Source: Balanoglossus misakiensis (lineage: Eukaryota > Animalia > Hemichordata). From it: 64,000 nucleotides of DNA. Numbering within the stretch: the stretch's first letter is position 1; each line of letters opens with the position of its first letter. The stretch lies in contig CM082584.2 in the NCBI GenBank assembly GCA_040954595.2, forward strand, positions 62,001 through 126,000, written 5' to 3'. The notes beneath the pieces were generated by a model. That model was not told the origin of the DNA. It searched no databases and saw only the letters and a list, made by a program, of their open reading frames with translations. Below are positions 49,786 through 63,414 of the stretch, piece by piece. The position numbers and the translations under genes are program-made.

Positions 49786-52422
49786 CTCCTTCAGCACTTT
49801 ACTGCCCTGTAGCGCACTGTGTGACACTTGTAGTTGTGCATTCATAACCAGAAGGACGTGGCCGAACCTAGCGAGTATGAACCTATCACAGAAAAAATTC
49901 AAAGAACGATTTTTACCACCATGGTTTGGTCCAACGATCCCTTATTAGAGAGATGTCCGTAATCACAGGTTTTACTGTACAATACCTCTTCAGTGGAATC
50001 ATTGTGTTTTTCAAAGTGCATCACAATATCAACTCCAATAAGCATAACAGTTTAATTTTCTGTGTATGCCATGCTATAACACAGGGAAGTCACAAGAGTG
50101 ATTTGCAGCCCAACTTACCAGTAACTGTTGAACAATCCACTACGGGTGACATGGTTGGACACTTGGATCCCGCTGGACAAAGCGTGCATGTGCCGTCGCC
50201 TTCCATAGCATATTCACCATTGCCACAGTCGAGCGGATCTTACATTGGATCTGAACACGATTGTCCAGCAGGGCACAGAAGACAGGATGTGCGTGCAGGC
50301 TCCTCACTTATTTCATCTGATTAAAGAAAATGAGGTTTTTAGTGATGTATTTGTGATACAGTGTCATTTAAAATAACAAATTACTTGAGATGATTCACTT
50401 CATAATTCTGAGACAAGTATACAGGCATGTAGAAAATTCTTTGGAGGACATTAAACGTCATTTCTAATCAACCATTTTCTGAATATCATAAGACTCTGCG
50501 AGATCTCACATGGCTAACCGGGTCTCGCAAGATCTCGCACTGAGTTGATAATCTGTTGTAAACACATACATACATACACACACACACATACCCCCAGTCG
50601 CACTGACTTGAAAATCTGTTGTAAACACATACATGCAAACACACATACCCCTCAGTTTCATCACACAGCAAACTGAACAAGTACCACAATCTTACCATTT
50701 GTACATCTGGTACAGTTTGTTGCACCAGCCAATGACACGTAACCCTTGGTACACTTGAATTGCGATGCACTGGGATCTATGCAGGCGTACCCTTGCTCAC
50801 AAATAGTACAATGTTCAGCACCAGCTGATCTGTAAATCAAACAGAGAATTTACACACCAAGTTAACCTTTGAATACCACTGTAAAAATTTGGTGCAAATT
50901 TTAATTATTTTCATAAATAGAGGTCTATTCAAATTTGGAAAAATTGTCATTTTTTCATTCATATATTATATCAGTAAATTTTAAATACAGAAATAGAAAA
51001 TGATCCCATCCTATTTTTCAGTTAGTAAATTACCTGACCTAATGTTTGATGTTGGAAATAAAGGTGGGTGGGTAGAAGTTTACCTGTTATGCAAGAGGTA
51101 CAGCGAGACATCCTTTGTCCAAGGCCGAACTGTAATAACCAGCCGAGCATAAAATCACAGTGTTACCATTTGGACATTGGTTACCAGCTGGGCAATCAGC
51201 ACATGATGTTTGTGCTGAAAATAAACAGAGATTTATAGAATCTTATAGTCACAGTCATACCTTCAAAGACGTGGGATTCTCACGCGGGTTGGGGAGACAA
51301 AAATCCCTGGCAAAAGATTGAGGACAGGAAAATGCCAATCCAGAGATATTGGTAACAGAAACTGTGTACAGTCAATGCCATACGGCAGTGTGCTGTTCTA
51401 ACAACAGACAAGATCGTGACGATCATAGTCTGTGTTGGAGATTTGGAAAAGAGCAAATTTGGTGAAAAGACGGGACAAAACAAAAGTCTACTTATACGAT
51501 GCACATGAAAACTGGATGAAAGCGAAGCAGTCCACTATTTGAATGCATTGGATGTAAAATTGGCAGAATATTTGGACTGGACGTAATGTTTGTACGCACA
51601 GAATTACGTACATGCACATAAGATGATCGTCCGCCTTAAAGGCACGTAAGCTGCAACTGGATAAAAAAATTAAAGTTTTAAATAATCTCATATATGCTTT
51701 TAATTATGTCTATTAAATGATATTTCATGATAATATATCAAGCTCAACACTTATTTATGACACAATGGCCAAAAATTAAAGAAAAAACGAAAATTCCTGC
51801 AATTTTAAAAAAAGTGCAATATTGCAATGAAAAATGGAAATCTGATGTCTCAGTGGTGTACATTTACTTCCATGAGCTCAAGTGGATGAGATCATGTTTT
51901 GTTTATGAAGTTTCAAAACCGGAAATGCAACATTTTCATTGTTTCTTGCATTTTCCCAGGGTGGCGGCCATAATCGCTTGCGGCAAAGCTTTATTATTTA
52001 TCTGGTTAAAACTTGCATATGCACTCATATTTAGGGTTTATAATGCTTGTGTATAGTTCACTGCCTTCATCTGCATGGACTAATGGTAGTGCAGTTTTAA
52101 ACAAAAATTATGAAAATTATCCCAAAAGTTACAGCTTACGTGCCTTTAAGTGAAAGATTACACAGTAATGCCCAAACTTTAAGTGCTGACTCACCATCTA
52201 TATTAGTGTAGTATCCATCTTCACACACCTCTGGCTCCGACATACCATCATATTGGCACTTATACCCGGGGCAGGACAAGGCGTACAGTCTATACTTCCA
52301 TTGTTGGCAAAATATCCCAGTCCGCATTGTGTTGGTGATGAGAGGCTGGCTGTTCCACACATGAAACCCCTGGACACAGCGTGCATGCTTCAGAACATGC
52401 TGAACTTTAACTTCCAGCTGCG
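49786..52422 (-). pseudogene. GCC2/GCC3 Cys-rich gene fragment, copy 4 (first acceptor deleted)
   Basis: Near-identical to 204-2777; a ~416-bp deletion at 52422 removes the acceptor and most of MITE B. Confidence 0.85.
51640..52145. mobile_element. Kolobok-type MITE A, copy 4
   Basis: Same TIRs and TTAA TSD. Confidence 0.85.
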
Positions 52423-52969
52423 AGAGAATAAAAAAATCCACAATTAAAAAAAATGACAATACTTTCCATTTTATTGAACGTACATCCTTAATGTTACTTA
52501 GGTAGTGGAGCATCAAAACCCAATTTTCATATCGATTGTGTATTTTGTGATAAAAGCACCAAACTTGGCTCAGATGTGTGTTAATGTGTACTGAACAAAT
52601 TCAGATAGCGAGTCACTAAATATCTGTTGAAGAGTTTCCATGGCAACCAATTTTTTTTCAAAATGGCCGCAAATACAGATAATCACACCTGTTAAACATC
52701 AAAATAAATTCAGATTACAATATTTGAAACAAGAAACTACGGAAAGAATGGTTTGCAATAGAACTATGGTTATTAAAGTACAAATGTACTTATAAGGATA
52801 ACTAAGGGATCAAAATACAGGTGCAACTTTCAATCCCTGGTACTCGCATTAGTATAGGTGCTCCCCCTAGTCAAACATTACGGCTAGTTGCGATATTTAA
52901 CTTGAAGTACGTAAATTACACACACACGAATCGCAACAGTTAGCGAGTCACTAAATATCTATTGAAGAG

Positions 52970-54980
52970 TGACTATGCAGTATTCAAGATCCACCCTTTC
53001 CACAATACGTGTGAACTTCTACTCTCTACATGGAATGTCCGCTCAGCTAGATGCAAATCATTAGACATTGCAGACTACATCACAGATAAAGAAATTGATA
53101 TTCTTGTACTCACTGAAACATGGTTGAAGGAATCTGGTGACGAACACGTAATGGCTGAATGTACACCACCAGGCTATGCTGTCAAACATCTACCTGGGGT
53201 TGGCAAGATCGGTGGAGGCTTAGCTTAAATTCATAAGCTAGCACTAAAATAAACAGCTTGGAAGCCTATTCTCTCTGTTAAATCTTTTGAGGCAGCGGAA
53301 GCAACTATTCTTCACCAGAAACTTTCCATGAAAATAATTCTTGTCTACCGTCCACCACCATCAGTTAATAATAAATTCACCGCACCACAGTTCATGGAAG
53401 AGTTCAGTACAACACTTGAGAAGTATGTCACCTGCTCAAGTAATCTCTTCATCGTAGGAGATTTCAATATTCACCTAGAAGATGATAAGAATCCAGTAAC
53501 ACAGAAATTCAATGGAATCATCAGCGCCTGTAATCTGAAACAATGGGTCCAACAACCAACACACAGAAAGGGTCATACTCTTGATCTCATCTTATCTAAC
53601 TCTGCGTCTAACATCAAGAGTGTCTCTGTAGACTGCTTGGAACTCTCTGATCACAATTCTGTCAATGCAAAACTTGCTCTTCCGAAACCAACACACAGTA
53701 GACGTCAAATATCTTATCGTCATATCTGCCATTTCAATTGATAGTTTCAGCCATGATCTCGACAAAATACATCAAATGTCCTAGCCTCCAAATGACCTCT
53801 CCTCAGCCATATCAGCTTATAACCAACCCGTCAGTCTCCATCTAAAACACGTGTACTTGATCTCATCCCTACAGCACTTGATAAGCAATGTCTTGGTAAT
53901 CTGCTCACTATCATAGCCACAATTATCAATTTGTCACTCAAAACTGGAACTGTTCCTGAATAACTTAAAATAGCAGTCATCACACCAATATACTCAAGAA
54001 ACCTTCGCTCGACAAAAACATTTTCAAGAACTATAGACCAGTTTCAAACCTAACCTTCCTGTCAAAAGTAATCGGGAAGATTGTAGCACAACAACTGACA
54101 TCATATTTGACTACCAACTCACTACAAGAACCACTGCAGTCAGCGTACCGAAAGGATCACAGTACCGAAACAGCACTTACTAAAGTCAACAACGATATTT
54201 GTATGGCACTGGATGCCGGTAAATGTGTACTCATGGTTCTCCTCGATCTCTCCTCTGTGTTTGATACCATAGATCACGACACAATCATCTCAAGGTTATC
54301 AAAACTGGGCATCACCAACATCGCACTACAATGGTTCTCATCATATCTTAAGAACAGACAGCAGTTTGTATGGCACAATGTCAGAACCTCAATATCTACA
54401 ATATGGAGTACCACACGGTTCAGTGCTTGGCCCACTTTTGTTCTGCAGCTACATCCAACCACTTGCTCAACTTATTTGTCACCACAACATCAATTTTCAC
54501 CAATATGCCGATGACAACCAACTATACCAATATTTCTTCCAGTTAGACACCATAAGTACATTAGACAAGATGGAAAGGGCAGTTCACGAAATAAAAACCT
54601 GGATGACACATAATAAACTTCAACTAAATGTTGGCAAACCCGAGGTACTCCTGATAAGGTCTCAGTTCAACCGCTCGCCTCGTCCCATAAACCACATGAG
54701 CATTGGATCATGTTGTGTTCAAATTGTGAATTCTGCACGGAATATAGGTGTGACATTCGACGACAATTACACTTTCAATAAGCACATTAATGCAATTTGC
54801 AAGTCAATTTTCTTCCATCTGCGTCAAATCAGCCACATTCGCCGTTACCTCACTAAGGAAGTTTGCCAGATGCTGGTTCATGCTCTAATCACATCAAAAC
54901 TGGACTACTGCATTGCAATACTCTGTGGTTTACCATCATCATGCATTCAACCGCTACAGCATGCCCTGAATTCTGCAGCC
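52970..54980 (+). mobile_element. CR1/L2-group LINE ORF2 fragment, copy 4
   Basis: Same EN/RT motifs. Confidence 0.93.
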
Positions 54981-55498
54981 ACCATGGCCTCCTTCACAAA
55001 AACCTCACCAGACCCCATAATGCCTCCATCTCTTACACCACACCTTATACCCACCACAAATCCTAGCCATCACCCAACCTATCATAGCCCAAACAATCCA
55101 AACCCAATCAAAATTGACCCTAGCCCCACTTATCAAGCCATCAATGCTCAACGGCAACCCAAATAACACTTAACTTAAAGATTGGCATAAATCCAAACTC
55201 ATACCACTGCGACCCCAAATATACAACACAAAGACTCAATCACGAACCAATACCTACCATTTGTAGCAACTACACGACCAAAGATTTGATCCCATCTATC
55301 ATCCATATATCATCAGAAAGTTGGGACGATGAGCAATGGGGCAGAGACTGATCATCAAAAATTTGAGACAGGGAATTCCAACAAATGAGATCATTAAGTT
55401 AAATATGCAAAGCAAATCAGAAAAGAGAATCAGAAGATTTTCTCCGAAGGACACCTTGCAAATTCATGATTGGAAAGACACTGCAGTCACATGTATAT

Positions 55499-56648
55499 TG
55501 TAGTGTCCAAACACTAGTGAGCATCTATACTTTATACATTCTGTAAAATGACGTAATGCAACATTCGGGTCATTATGAATAAAGTGCGTGAATGAGGCTA
55601 GGCACTCTCACTCTTACATGCCGGACTTGGTGTCTCATGTTGTCATTATTGCCCACCCACGATTCTATATTTGGCGACGAGGACGGAGAACATGGAGAAT
55701 CAGCTAGCCGTCAATGCCGAGTTTTCCTGTTCATTCAGTCTCGACAACCACCAGTACGAGATGGAAAAAGTACATGGTTAGAGTAGAAAACGCATTTGTC
55801 GCATTCAACATTACAGATGACAAGCGACAACGTGCACTGCTATTGCACTGGGCAGGTGAGGAAGTTTCCGACTTCTTTGATACTCTACCAGATACAGGAA
55901 CGAGCTGTGAAACAGCCAAATTAAAGCTTACGTCGTACTTCTCACCCAAACGGAACATTGAATACGAACGATTCATCTTCAGAGACACCATACAAAACAA
56001 CGGCGAATCGATTGATGCCTATCACACTTGTTTGCAACGCCTAGCAGAAACATATGTGACTTCACCAATAAGGATCAAGAGGTCAAATCACAAATCATAT
56101 GAGGATTCACATCAGCCCGTCTCAGACGTCGTGCTCTTTGGGAGGAGACGACACTAGAGAATCTACTGAGGTTCAGGCTAGTGGGATTGAGGAGAAACCC
56201 CATAATAATGGTGCAGACACGGCATCTGTGAATGCGGTCAGAAAACAGCGCCATCAACGCCCGAAACCCAATAAACAAAAGAGAGCTCATCAGCAGCCAG
56301 CGAAAGGACCGTCCACTTGTTATTATTGTGGTGGCACCTATCCACATGACTCAGTATGTCCAGCTAAAGGCAAGTCATGCAGGAAGTGTGGCAAACCTAA
56401 CCATTTTGCCAAATGCTACCGATCAAAAGGCAAGGCAAATAGGGTAGACAAGGATGAAACTGTCAAAGCTGTGCATAAAGTGGAAGACAGCTCGGGAGAT
56501 GAATACTGCTTCACTGTACAACAATCAAATGGCAGGAGGCCTCAAGTAACAGTGCAGATAGAACAAACAGCAGTTGCCTCACTGATCGACCCTGGTTCTA
56601 CAATAAACATGATGAGTGTAAACACATACAACAACCTAAAGAACAAAC
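55499..56648 (+). mobile_element. Gypsy (Mag-like) fragment, copy 4 (28-bp deletion in gag)
   Basis: Same LTR, PBS and gag motifs. Confidence 0.9.
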
Positions 56649-58190
56649 CCATGTGGCAAACAGAAAGCCTGTTTTACCACTGCCAGCAGTGCATTATTGA
56701 GTATTTTAGCATCGCTGGATTTAGCTCTCGTTCAATCAGAATTGCGGACGGTAGCATGATATAATATAATTGAGAATAAATCTCACGACAAGTGTACAGT
56801 TTGACAATGTACACAGATAATCCGTTTCAACAATGTTTCCTTTGTAGTGTGAATAAAACTGCACACTTTGCAAGTTTTCAACTTCAAAACACTATGGCTA
56901 TTACAAAGACAAAGCTGCTAATATACAGTGTATACCTGTCATTTTTGTTTGTGGTGAGATTTTCATTGGCACAGTCGCACAGAGCTCACACAAGAGGAAA
57001 TTACACTTTCTGTTGAATTCACTGCATCCTGCTAACTTTAAGTCATATATCCAGTGAAACATTAAGTTATAGAATTTTCCATCGCAGTATTCTGTTTTAT
57101 ATACATGTATAGCAGTCCCACACATATTGATTAATTTGACAAAAGAAACTGACTGACAATTTTCACAACGCTCCCAGTATAGCATCCTTGGCAGGTGCAC
57201 GTCAATGCCCCACACGAGGTTAGGGTTGGCAAGTGCTGCCATTTTGACATGGGTTGTTAGCACTGATCAATTCCTACGCATGACAGAAAAATGAAGAATT
57301 AGGCTATGGGCCGGACCTGCCTATCGTTTCAAAACGCACTCTGTATAATAGGGTCTATTTCTTTTACATAAAAACAAGTCATCTTGCTCTAATATGATAA
57401 AAGAAAAAAACTTCAACTTAAATATTGCGTCCTCAGAGGTAATATCGAGCCCTAAAAATCAGGTATGCTAATGCGGTTAAAGGTCGTGCAGTTCTCCTTA
57501 TAACAAGCGATCTTATTGGTGGTTACGTGACTGCACCAATCACAGAATGCGTTATGTCACTCAGCAATTACACACGCAGGGCAAACTATCAGGCAGCTAC
57601 ATGTATACTAGTATACATGTTACAGAAGATTAAACAGAATTGTTGGTAAGGAAAGTTTGAGCAGACTAGTCCATTCAATGTAAAAAATGGGGCTGATTCC
57701 AAAAAAGTCAGTCTTATTGACCCCTTTCAAGACAAAATTGCCATTTTTGCCACTTTTAACCCAAAAGGTCATTTAAAAAACACTCAAAACACACTGTTTT
57801 CATCACATTCGGAGATCTGATGACATTTGAGGATTATGCGGAAACAGTGACACACCAGAATAAAAATTACAGGTGACATTTGCAAGCAGATATGATCTGA
57901 CCATATAGAAATATGGAATGTAAAAACATTAACAAGGAACATGCCCAATAAACTGTCATGTGTCATGGCAGTCTTACAAGTGGTGCTAGAAAAAAAAATG
58001 ACCAAAAATTGTCTGTACAAACACATATGCGAAGCAACTTCTTTCAGTCAGCCCTGGAACAGACACACACTGACCTGCCACTGGTAATTAAAATTTGATA
58101 GCTGGTGGTCTCTGTAACAGCTGGCCTATTTAAGTTATGTAAACATGTCTTTGTTCGAGGTAACAACTCCTTGTAAATAGTAACTTTAAA

Positions 58191-59166
58191 AACAACTGGA
58201 CAATTTGTTTAGGAGAAGATTTGCTAACCAAAAACTAAGAAACTTACCAAAAAAACTCGCTAAATATTTAATCTTTCTGATCTCAGAACCGAATTATATC
58301 CTAAATTTCAAAGCAATCAGAGAAAAAACTAATTTCAAAGCAATCCAACAAGCAGTTTCACAGAAAATATTTGTTCAAAAGTGGCAAAAACACAAATATG
58401 CAAATATCACCAAAATTGTACAATATCTTACTTCAATCACTACAAGGAACATGCTGCCTAAGTTCAATGCAATAGGACAAGCGGTTTCAGTGAAAACAAT
58501 TTTTGACAAAAATTGCAAAAGTTTCCACGATAACACATTTATGCAAATATCTTTTTTTTTTACAACATATTATTTAGGTTACCCCTACGAACATGCCTAC
58601 CAAATTGGAAAGCAATCTGGCATGAGGTTTTAAAGAAAAACATTTTTTGACCAAAAATGGCAAATATTGCTCAAAATTATAGATATGCAAATTTTGCAAC
58701 AATTTGAACAAAACTATGGTTACTTAGACAACATTAGGAGGCTTCATACTAAATTTCAAAGACTTTTTACCAATAACATGGAAAAATACAAAAAAATGCA
58801 AAAAAAATAGGAAATCGATAATATTAGCTCAAAACATACAGGATTGTATGAGGTTGATATAAGGTACATGCATACCAATTTTCAAATCAATATGACCAGT
58901 GGTTGTCCAGTTTTTGAGTTTTGACCAATTTCACATTTTCCCAGCTAATTTGCATATTTTTGGCAATGACATCTTCATTTGAACAAACTCCCATCTACAG
59001 CCCTGCCTGCATCTACACGCCAAATATCGAGGTCATACGCGCTGCGGTTTTCAAGTTTTCGATGTGGACGGACATACAGACATACATCCATCCATCCATC
59101 CATCCATACATACAGACGTAACCAATCCCATAAGGTCCCATGGTACATACCAATGGGACCTAAAAA
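58191..59166. mobile_element. pearl/HINE-like element, copy 4
   Basis: Same layout; 34-bp deletion at ~58293. Confidence 0.6.
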
Positions 59167-59178
59167 CTTGTGACTTAC

Positions 59179-62100
59179 ATGTAACACATGTTTGCCCAGT
59201 GTAGCAGGTTGGACAGTTGCAGGTGTAGATTGAGCAGGAGCCTTGAAGTGGCTGATACACTCCGTTATTCAGACATGGGTTTAGAAGACACTGGTTGATC
59301 ACTAAGGGTGAGAGAAATGAAAAGTATCACATTAGGGTCTTACACACTTGAGTGGGAAGTGAAATCTGTAGCAGACTGTCAGAAGATTGCACATCCGTGT
59401 GATCATGTTCATGTGTGAAGGATAATGAAGACCACTTGATCCAAGCTTGGTGCTACCATCTTTATCATAATTACAGCATCTTATAATATTTACTAGTTGG
59501 GGGTGGGGTGGGGTGGGGGTGGGGGTAGTTGATGTCATAACTTTCTGATGTTTCAATTTACGGTTGGAAAAATAGCAACATCTACTCTGATGAGCATTTG
59601 AGTCAATGAAAGTATACATCATGGCTACGGTAGTGCATATAAGTCTCTTGGTTAGCTGCACAATCACAGGCAACTTTATTGAGACAATATCAATGACAAA
59701 GCCCAGCGATTTCTACTTTGTGCGGCAAATCTGACACTGGTTTGCTTACGTTCAGCGCACGTGGTTCCGATGAAACAGCGCGAACTCTGGCATCTGAACT
59801 CGGTGCAGGACACTTGCTGGCAGAATCCACTGTTTAGACAAGGGTTGGGCTGACACGGATTCAAATCTGTGCACAGAAGAGAAAGTGATATAAATTGTGT
59901 ACAGTTAATATTTACTACATATACTTTAAACAGATTTGTGCAGTCAGGGTTGAGTGGTAAAAATCTCAGTTGGTCAACAGAACATCACTGTGACAAATTT
60001 CTTCCATGTTCAACAAAAGAAACGTAATGAAATTTTGACACAGGTGTAATAGTGTCTTAGTGTACCATACGGTGCAGGTTGTTGTTTGGTCAAATACACA
60101 ATCCCCTTTTATGGCACACACATTCTTAATAAATTTCCCCAAAATTGTGTCGTTATTCACTGTTTGATACAGGTTGGAAGAAACCAACTGCAAGCCGATT
60201 ATGTGTTATGTTATTATGTTCCTCTTCATCTGAAATTTAAAATCACTCACATGTCTGACATAAATCGCCGGAGTAACAGCTTGTACAGGAGCATGTGAAT
60301 TCAGTACACCAATTGGGCGTCAGCACACAGTTTCCACCATTCTGACACTGGATGGGTTGACACTGGTTGACAGCTGTGGGATGTGCAGTCAAGATATTGT
60401 CAAAATTACAGAATCTACAAACTACACTCCACAGTCATGTACATGTATACATGACAACAACCAAAGGGCTGTTTTGAAAAACCAAATGCTGTGAAATCCT
60501 TTAGAGTGTGACAAGAAACCACAGTTGCAACCGAAAACAAAAATAGTGATAGCATTAAGCTAGCCCAAAGTTTGAGTTACCAGGGCTTTAATATGTGTAC
60601 CGTACTTATATTATATAATACATAACAAGTGTTTTGCATTGAATAAAATAATATTGGTTTGTACTTACGCATTGTACATGTGGCACCAGTGAAGCATACA
60701 GTCAAACAGGAAACAGCCGTCTCGCGCAACGCATGTGCCACCATTTTGACAAGGCATAGAGTATAACTGATCAATGGCTGCCAAAACAAAAATGAAAGTA
60801 TCAATTACCTGCTTGTCAAAAACTTGTACATGTACTTGTGATGTTCATTTCGTTTAAATATGTGAGCAATGTCTTCATTCCTTGTTTCAAACCTGTACAT
60901 TTAAAATAACATAATGATGCTATTGCTAGGATTTTTCTGTAAGAATCTTGAAAAATTAAAAAATGTGCCGTCAACATGATACAGAAGGCTTTCCTTTTTA
61001 ACGTGCACCTCACACTCAATTTTGACCCTACATCAGCAAATTTTGAAAGGATGAAACTTAGTAATGCTTCCACCCCATTTATTGGTGTATGGGTCCATCT
61101 ATCACATTGAGAATACCAAAAATGAGGGTTTATATACCACGCTGTGTCATAAAACAGTAATTCGACACACCTACGGCACAGATGGCCCCAGTCCAACACT
61201 ACTGGCAGTAACAGGTGTAGTCAGTATAAGAATTTGGTGTTTGGGAACAATAGCCTCCATTTTGACACGGATTCTGATCACATGGGTTAATGACTATCAG
61301 AAAAAAAATAGTTTAAAAAACATGAAATGCAGATGGCTACACCTCAACCAAAGATGATTCCTGCACCACAACAAAATCCTTTGACACGAGCATTATACTG
61401 GAACCATACCCAGAACACGCATTAAGTATATGATGAAGGGACAATGTCTCTATTTTGGGTAATACAGTAAAACCTGTCTTTATGGACACCTCTCTAATCA
61501 GAACACCTAGTAAGATTGATTTTTCAAGCCAAATAGTAAGGATAATTAAGGACGTCTCTTTTACTTAATACTCAGATGTGTGCACCACCTTAGGAGAGAT
61601 TACCTCATATGCACAATTATCTCTACAGACACTAGTCTTCAAGAGGCAACTCTTGTATATTTGAGTGATGAAAACATCCAGCTTCGTACACTTCCTCACA
61701 AGTTCGTGCCTATCCTAAATTGCACGGACATACAAATGAAATTTCTGTTTTCTTTTCTCTTGTGGAAATTTTAGAAATGAGAAGTTACCACACAATTCAA
61801 TTGCCATGAAGAGAAAGTGCCCAAAAGATTGTCATTTACGGTACGTCAGAAACTTACATATTTCACAACGGTTACCCTCATAGCAACCAGTACAGGCACA
61901 GGTATATGCCGTGCAGGAGTTGGCCACTGCATTACATACAGCCCCGTTGAGACAGCTGTTTCGCTGGCATGGATCTTGGACTGCAATAAAAAGTGCAACC
62001 TAATGTTATCTCAGCAATATTTACTTTCAAAATCTGTTTGATAAAAACATCATCATTACCATTACTGTAAATACTGAACGGAACTTCACTTCCAAAAACA

Positions 62101-63414
62101 ACTTGCTCATTCTGGGACGCACTTGTGGGGCTATGAAAATCTCTGTATATGTATCTTGTGTAGGGAAAATTTTCATGAACGATCAACATTTTTTTCTTCA
62201 AATAAACATGTTTTCTTTCAGTTGTACATCATTTTTGAGGTGAACGATTCCCAAGGCCCAAGGTGTGATGCTGAAGATGAAAATATAAAGTATGACCAAC
62301 AGACAATGTATTGAGACATGATTGTAAATGTTAGTTCCTGCATGACAAAATGTTTGTTTTAATGAGTTTTACACTGGCTGCAGTGTGTGCCGGTGAAACA
62401 TCCTGGACAAGTACACTCATAAGTTGTACACGACAGCCGAGTACACTGCCCATTGTTCAGGCATGGACTTGGCCTACATGGAGTTTGTTCTGTTTCAATG
62501 GAATGAAAATAAATAAATAGTAGTGACATAAGTTTTTAGGTTATGACCATTTCCTTAATTCCTACAGCTGTGGTTCTATCGGGTTCTCCTATAACTAAGC
62601 CTCCTTAATGTATAACTGAACAATAAGAATTACTTATTATACTTTTGGGAGTTTAGGACTTAGTAATTGCAAAAAAGACTCAATTCCTGAAAGTGCCTAT
62701 TTGGTTTGTCACATCCTAAATATACAGGTAATTTCATAGCTGCCAGCTATGACAAATATACCGGTATGAGGGGGGAAAAACAGTTCCTCGTCTGATAAAT
62801 TTACCTTGGTCACAGGTGATTCCAATGATACAGCCTTGACAGCGACAGGTAAACGCACTGCACGATCCACTGATTGGCTCACAGATACCGTTGTTCATGC
62901 ACGGATTGGGAGAACATTGATCGAGTCCTGGGGGTTGCATGTAAATCAACCAACAATTGCACATTAACATCACAAGTCATTTCACTATTTTTTCATTCCA
63001 AACTTAAAAGATTGCTTGTAACTTGCTGAACAAATATTCATATGGACAGACTATTCTAGCTTGGAACAGGCAAAATCAAGGGTGCCCTGACGCCCAACTT
63101 TTAAGAGCAGTTCATTTACTGAAACTGCCAGCACCCAATATTATCCCACATGTAATCAATATGTGGAAATCAAATACATCTGTAACAGTTTTAATTTACC
63201 ATGTGGGTATTTGCATGGAGGGCCATGGTATTTGTTACCTACTGATAAAATACCTTTCAAAACAATATCCTCATTTCTTCAGAAGTTTGGCAACAAGACC
63301 AATAAAGTTTCACATCAAAATTTACAATGTATAAATAAGCTTAAAAGATCTACGGAATGAAGATGGCTTGTTTGTTTGCAGGGTGTCTTGAAAGTATATA
63401 CTCACTTGTTTGAC
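59179..63414 (-). pseudogene. EGF-module exon array, copy 4 (partial; 11-bp frameshifting deletion at 60697)
   Basis: Colinear with 10011-14257. Confidence 0.88.
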
